A program made the translations under genes and the position numbers. The notes beneath the pieces are model-generated. The model saw nothing but the letters and a program-made list of their open reading frames with translations, was not told the DNA's origin and did no database searches. This document shows positions 30,905-32,000 of a stretch of 32,000 bases of DNA, in pieces. Origin of the DNA: Candidatus Saccharimonadota bacterium (lineage in GTDB: Bacteria > Patescibacteriota > Microgenomatia > UBA1406 > GWC2-37-13); the NCBI GenBank assembly GCA_016699265.1, contig CP064967.1, positions 30,001-62,000 on the forward strand, written 5' to 3'. The stretch's first letter is position 1, and each line of letters opens with the position of its first letter.

Positions 30905-31123
30905 ATGTTGGCTATGGCTCAGAATCAAGAAGCTGCTGTAAGAGCAACAATGTTTGATGGACTACTTAGCGAACTTAAAAAAGTTTCATGGCCTACTCGC
31001 AAGGAAACAATACGTCTTACCGTTATCGTATTATTGATATCCTTGATTATTGGCGCATATGTGGGTATAATTGATATTCTTCTAGCTAAGGTATTAGAAA
31101 TCTTGACAAAAACAACAAAGTAA
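30905..31123 (+). CDS. secE: Preprotein translocase subunit SecE
   Basis: Shows ELKKVSWPTRKE followed by a single TM helix, and sits in the conserved secE-nusG-rplK order. Confidence 0.8.
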   Translation: MLAMAQNQEAAVRATMFDGLLSELKKVSWPTRKETIRLTVIVLLISLIIGAYVGIIDILLAKVLEILTKTTK

Positions 31124-31135
31124 TTTTATTTTTTT

Positions 31136-31762
31136 ATGGATATAGATAAAAGTGCAACCGATGTCGTTGATGCTACTTCTCCCGAGATTCCTCAGGAAGT
31201 TCAGGAAGTAATTGAGGTTCAGACTGACCTTAGCAACGATCCGAAAAAATGGTATGTGATTCATGTGAAAACCGGATATGAAGGTAGGGTAAAGTCTGCG
31301 CTCGAGCAGAGAATTAAGAGTCTTGGAGTTGAGGATCGAGTTTTTGAGATTACGATCCCTGTACGAGAAACAGTGAACGTCAAAAAGGGTAAAAAAACCA
31401 AGGCAATGGAAAAAGTCTTCCCAGGATATGTCTTAGTAAAGATGATTCTTGATGATGATTCTTGGTTAGTGGTAAGAACCACCGAGGGCGTTACTGGTTT
31501 TGTTGGAGCGGGACTTAAGCCAACCCCAATAAGCAATAGGGAGGTCGACGCCATAATGAGGTTCGTGCAGCAAGAACAACCCAAGTTTAAGACCAAATTC
31601 TCAGTCGGAGAGGCAGTTAAGATTATTGAAGGTCCTTTTGCAGACTTTCTTGGAACTATTGAAGCAATTGATGATGAAAAAGGTAAAGTGCGCGTTTTGG
31701 TCTCAATTTTTGATCGAGAAACTCCGGTTGAATTAGATTTCTTACAGGTTGTGAAACTATAA
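31136..31762 (+). CDS. nusG: Transcription termination/antitermination factor NusG
   Basis: NGN domain [21 protein letters not shown] and KOW motif [19 protein letters not shown], with an acidic N-terminal extension. Confidence 0.9.
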   Translation: MDIDKSATDVVDATSPEIPQEVQEVIEVQTDLSNDPKKWYVIHVKTGYEGRVKSALEQRIKSLGVEDRVFEITIPVRETVNVKKGKKTKAMEKVFPGYVLVKMILDDDSWLVVRTTEGVTGFVGAGLKPTPISNREVDAIMRFVQQEQPKFKTKFSVGEAVKIIEGPFADFLGTIEAIDDEKGKVRVLVSIFDRETPVELDFLQVVKL

Positions 31763-31766
31763 AAAT

Positions 31767-32000
31767 ATGGCAAAAAAAGTAAAGACAATTTTAAAACTAA
31801 ATCTCGCAGCAGGAGAAGCAACTCCAGCGCCTCCAGTTGGTCCAGCACTAGGTCAGCATGGAGTTCCTATCATGGACTTCATCAAGGAATACAATGCTAA
31901 GACGGCAGGTCAAAAAGGCCAGGTCATTCCTGCGGTGATCACTGTATACGAGGATCGTAGCTTTACATTCGTAACCAAGCTTCCTCCTGTTTCTGAGATG
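31767..32000 (+). CDS. rplK: 50S ribosomal protein L11, N-terminal part (runs off the window)
   Basis: My own translation is [46 protein letters not shown]..., the L11 signature. It is not in the ORF track because it is open-ended. Confidence 0.9.
   Translation, partial: MAKKVKTILKLNLAAGEATPAPPVGPALGQHGVPIMDFIKEYNAKTAGQKGQVIPAVITVYEDRSFTFVTKLPPVSEM

Noticed and set aside
31261-31848. 195-aa ORF antisense to nusG and rplK
   Set aside because: It lies fully antisense to two highly conserved genes and has Ser/Thr/Leu-rich low-complexity composition typical of shadow ORFs.
1-32000. Alternative genetic code (UGA or UAG reassignment), considered because the lineage looks CPR-like and one gene carries an in-frame TAG
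   Set aside because: tgt and the VIT1-like gene terminate at TGA at their expected C-termini, and TAG terminates thyA, tatD, the GNAT and ORF 10313. All conserved genes are intact under the standard code. Only one in-frame TAG was seen.

Overview
Compact, AT-rich (about 40% GC by eye, not computed) bacterial chromosomal segment that is almost entirely coding. The genetic code is standard: TAA, TAG and TGA each terminate recognisable genes (tgt and the VIT1-like gene end in TGA). I call 36 protein-coding ORFs. They are dprA (partial), rnhA, a PP-loop-domain::MurD fusion, rpiB, fmt, a VIT1/CCC1 transporter, tgt, tatD and a GT4 glycosyltransferase. Next come two tandem uncharacterised proteins with beta-carbonic-anhydrase-like motifs, followed by a dTMP module (HD 5'-nucleotidase-like, dCTP-deaminase-like, thyA, folA). 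Then rho, a GNAT, a CsoR-family regulator with trxB and gdh, and a LysM/M23 peptidase. After that come an O-antigen-ligase/TPR membrane protein cut by one in-frame TAG (counted as two ORFs), a 985-aa membrane-anchored surface protein with an integrase-SAM-like N-terminus, and a PaaX-like regulator. The window ends with comEA plus a two-ORF comEC, two secreted proteins, and secE-nusG-rplK (partial). I saw no rRNA, tRNA, CRISPR array, transposase or prophage genes. The gene content (DNA-uptake genes, many lineage-specific surface proteins) and the absence of Shine-Dalgarno motifs suggest a small-genome uncultivated bacterium of the Patescibacteria/CPR type; this is inference only. Beyond the gene list there are six main signals. 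(1) -10 boxes sit 5-9 nt from start codons almost everywhere, implying leaderless mRNAs. (2) Tandem heptanucleotide repeat tracts occur at six or more loci, two of them GTATNNN arrays that contain the promoter -10 box. (3) The beta-CA-like gene pair is uncharacterised. (4) The rho gene has a strong promoter and a roughly 300-nt structured leader. (5) MurD is fused to a PP-loop domain. (6) A large surface protein is anchored through a recombinase-type DNA-binding domain.
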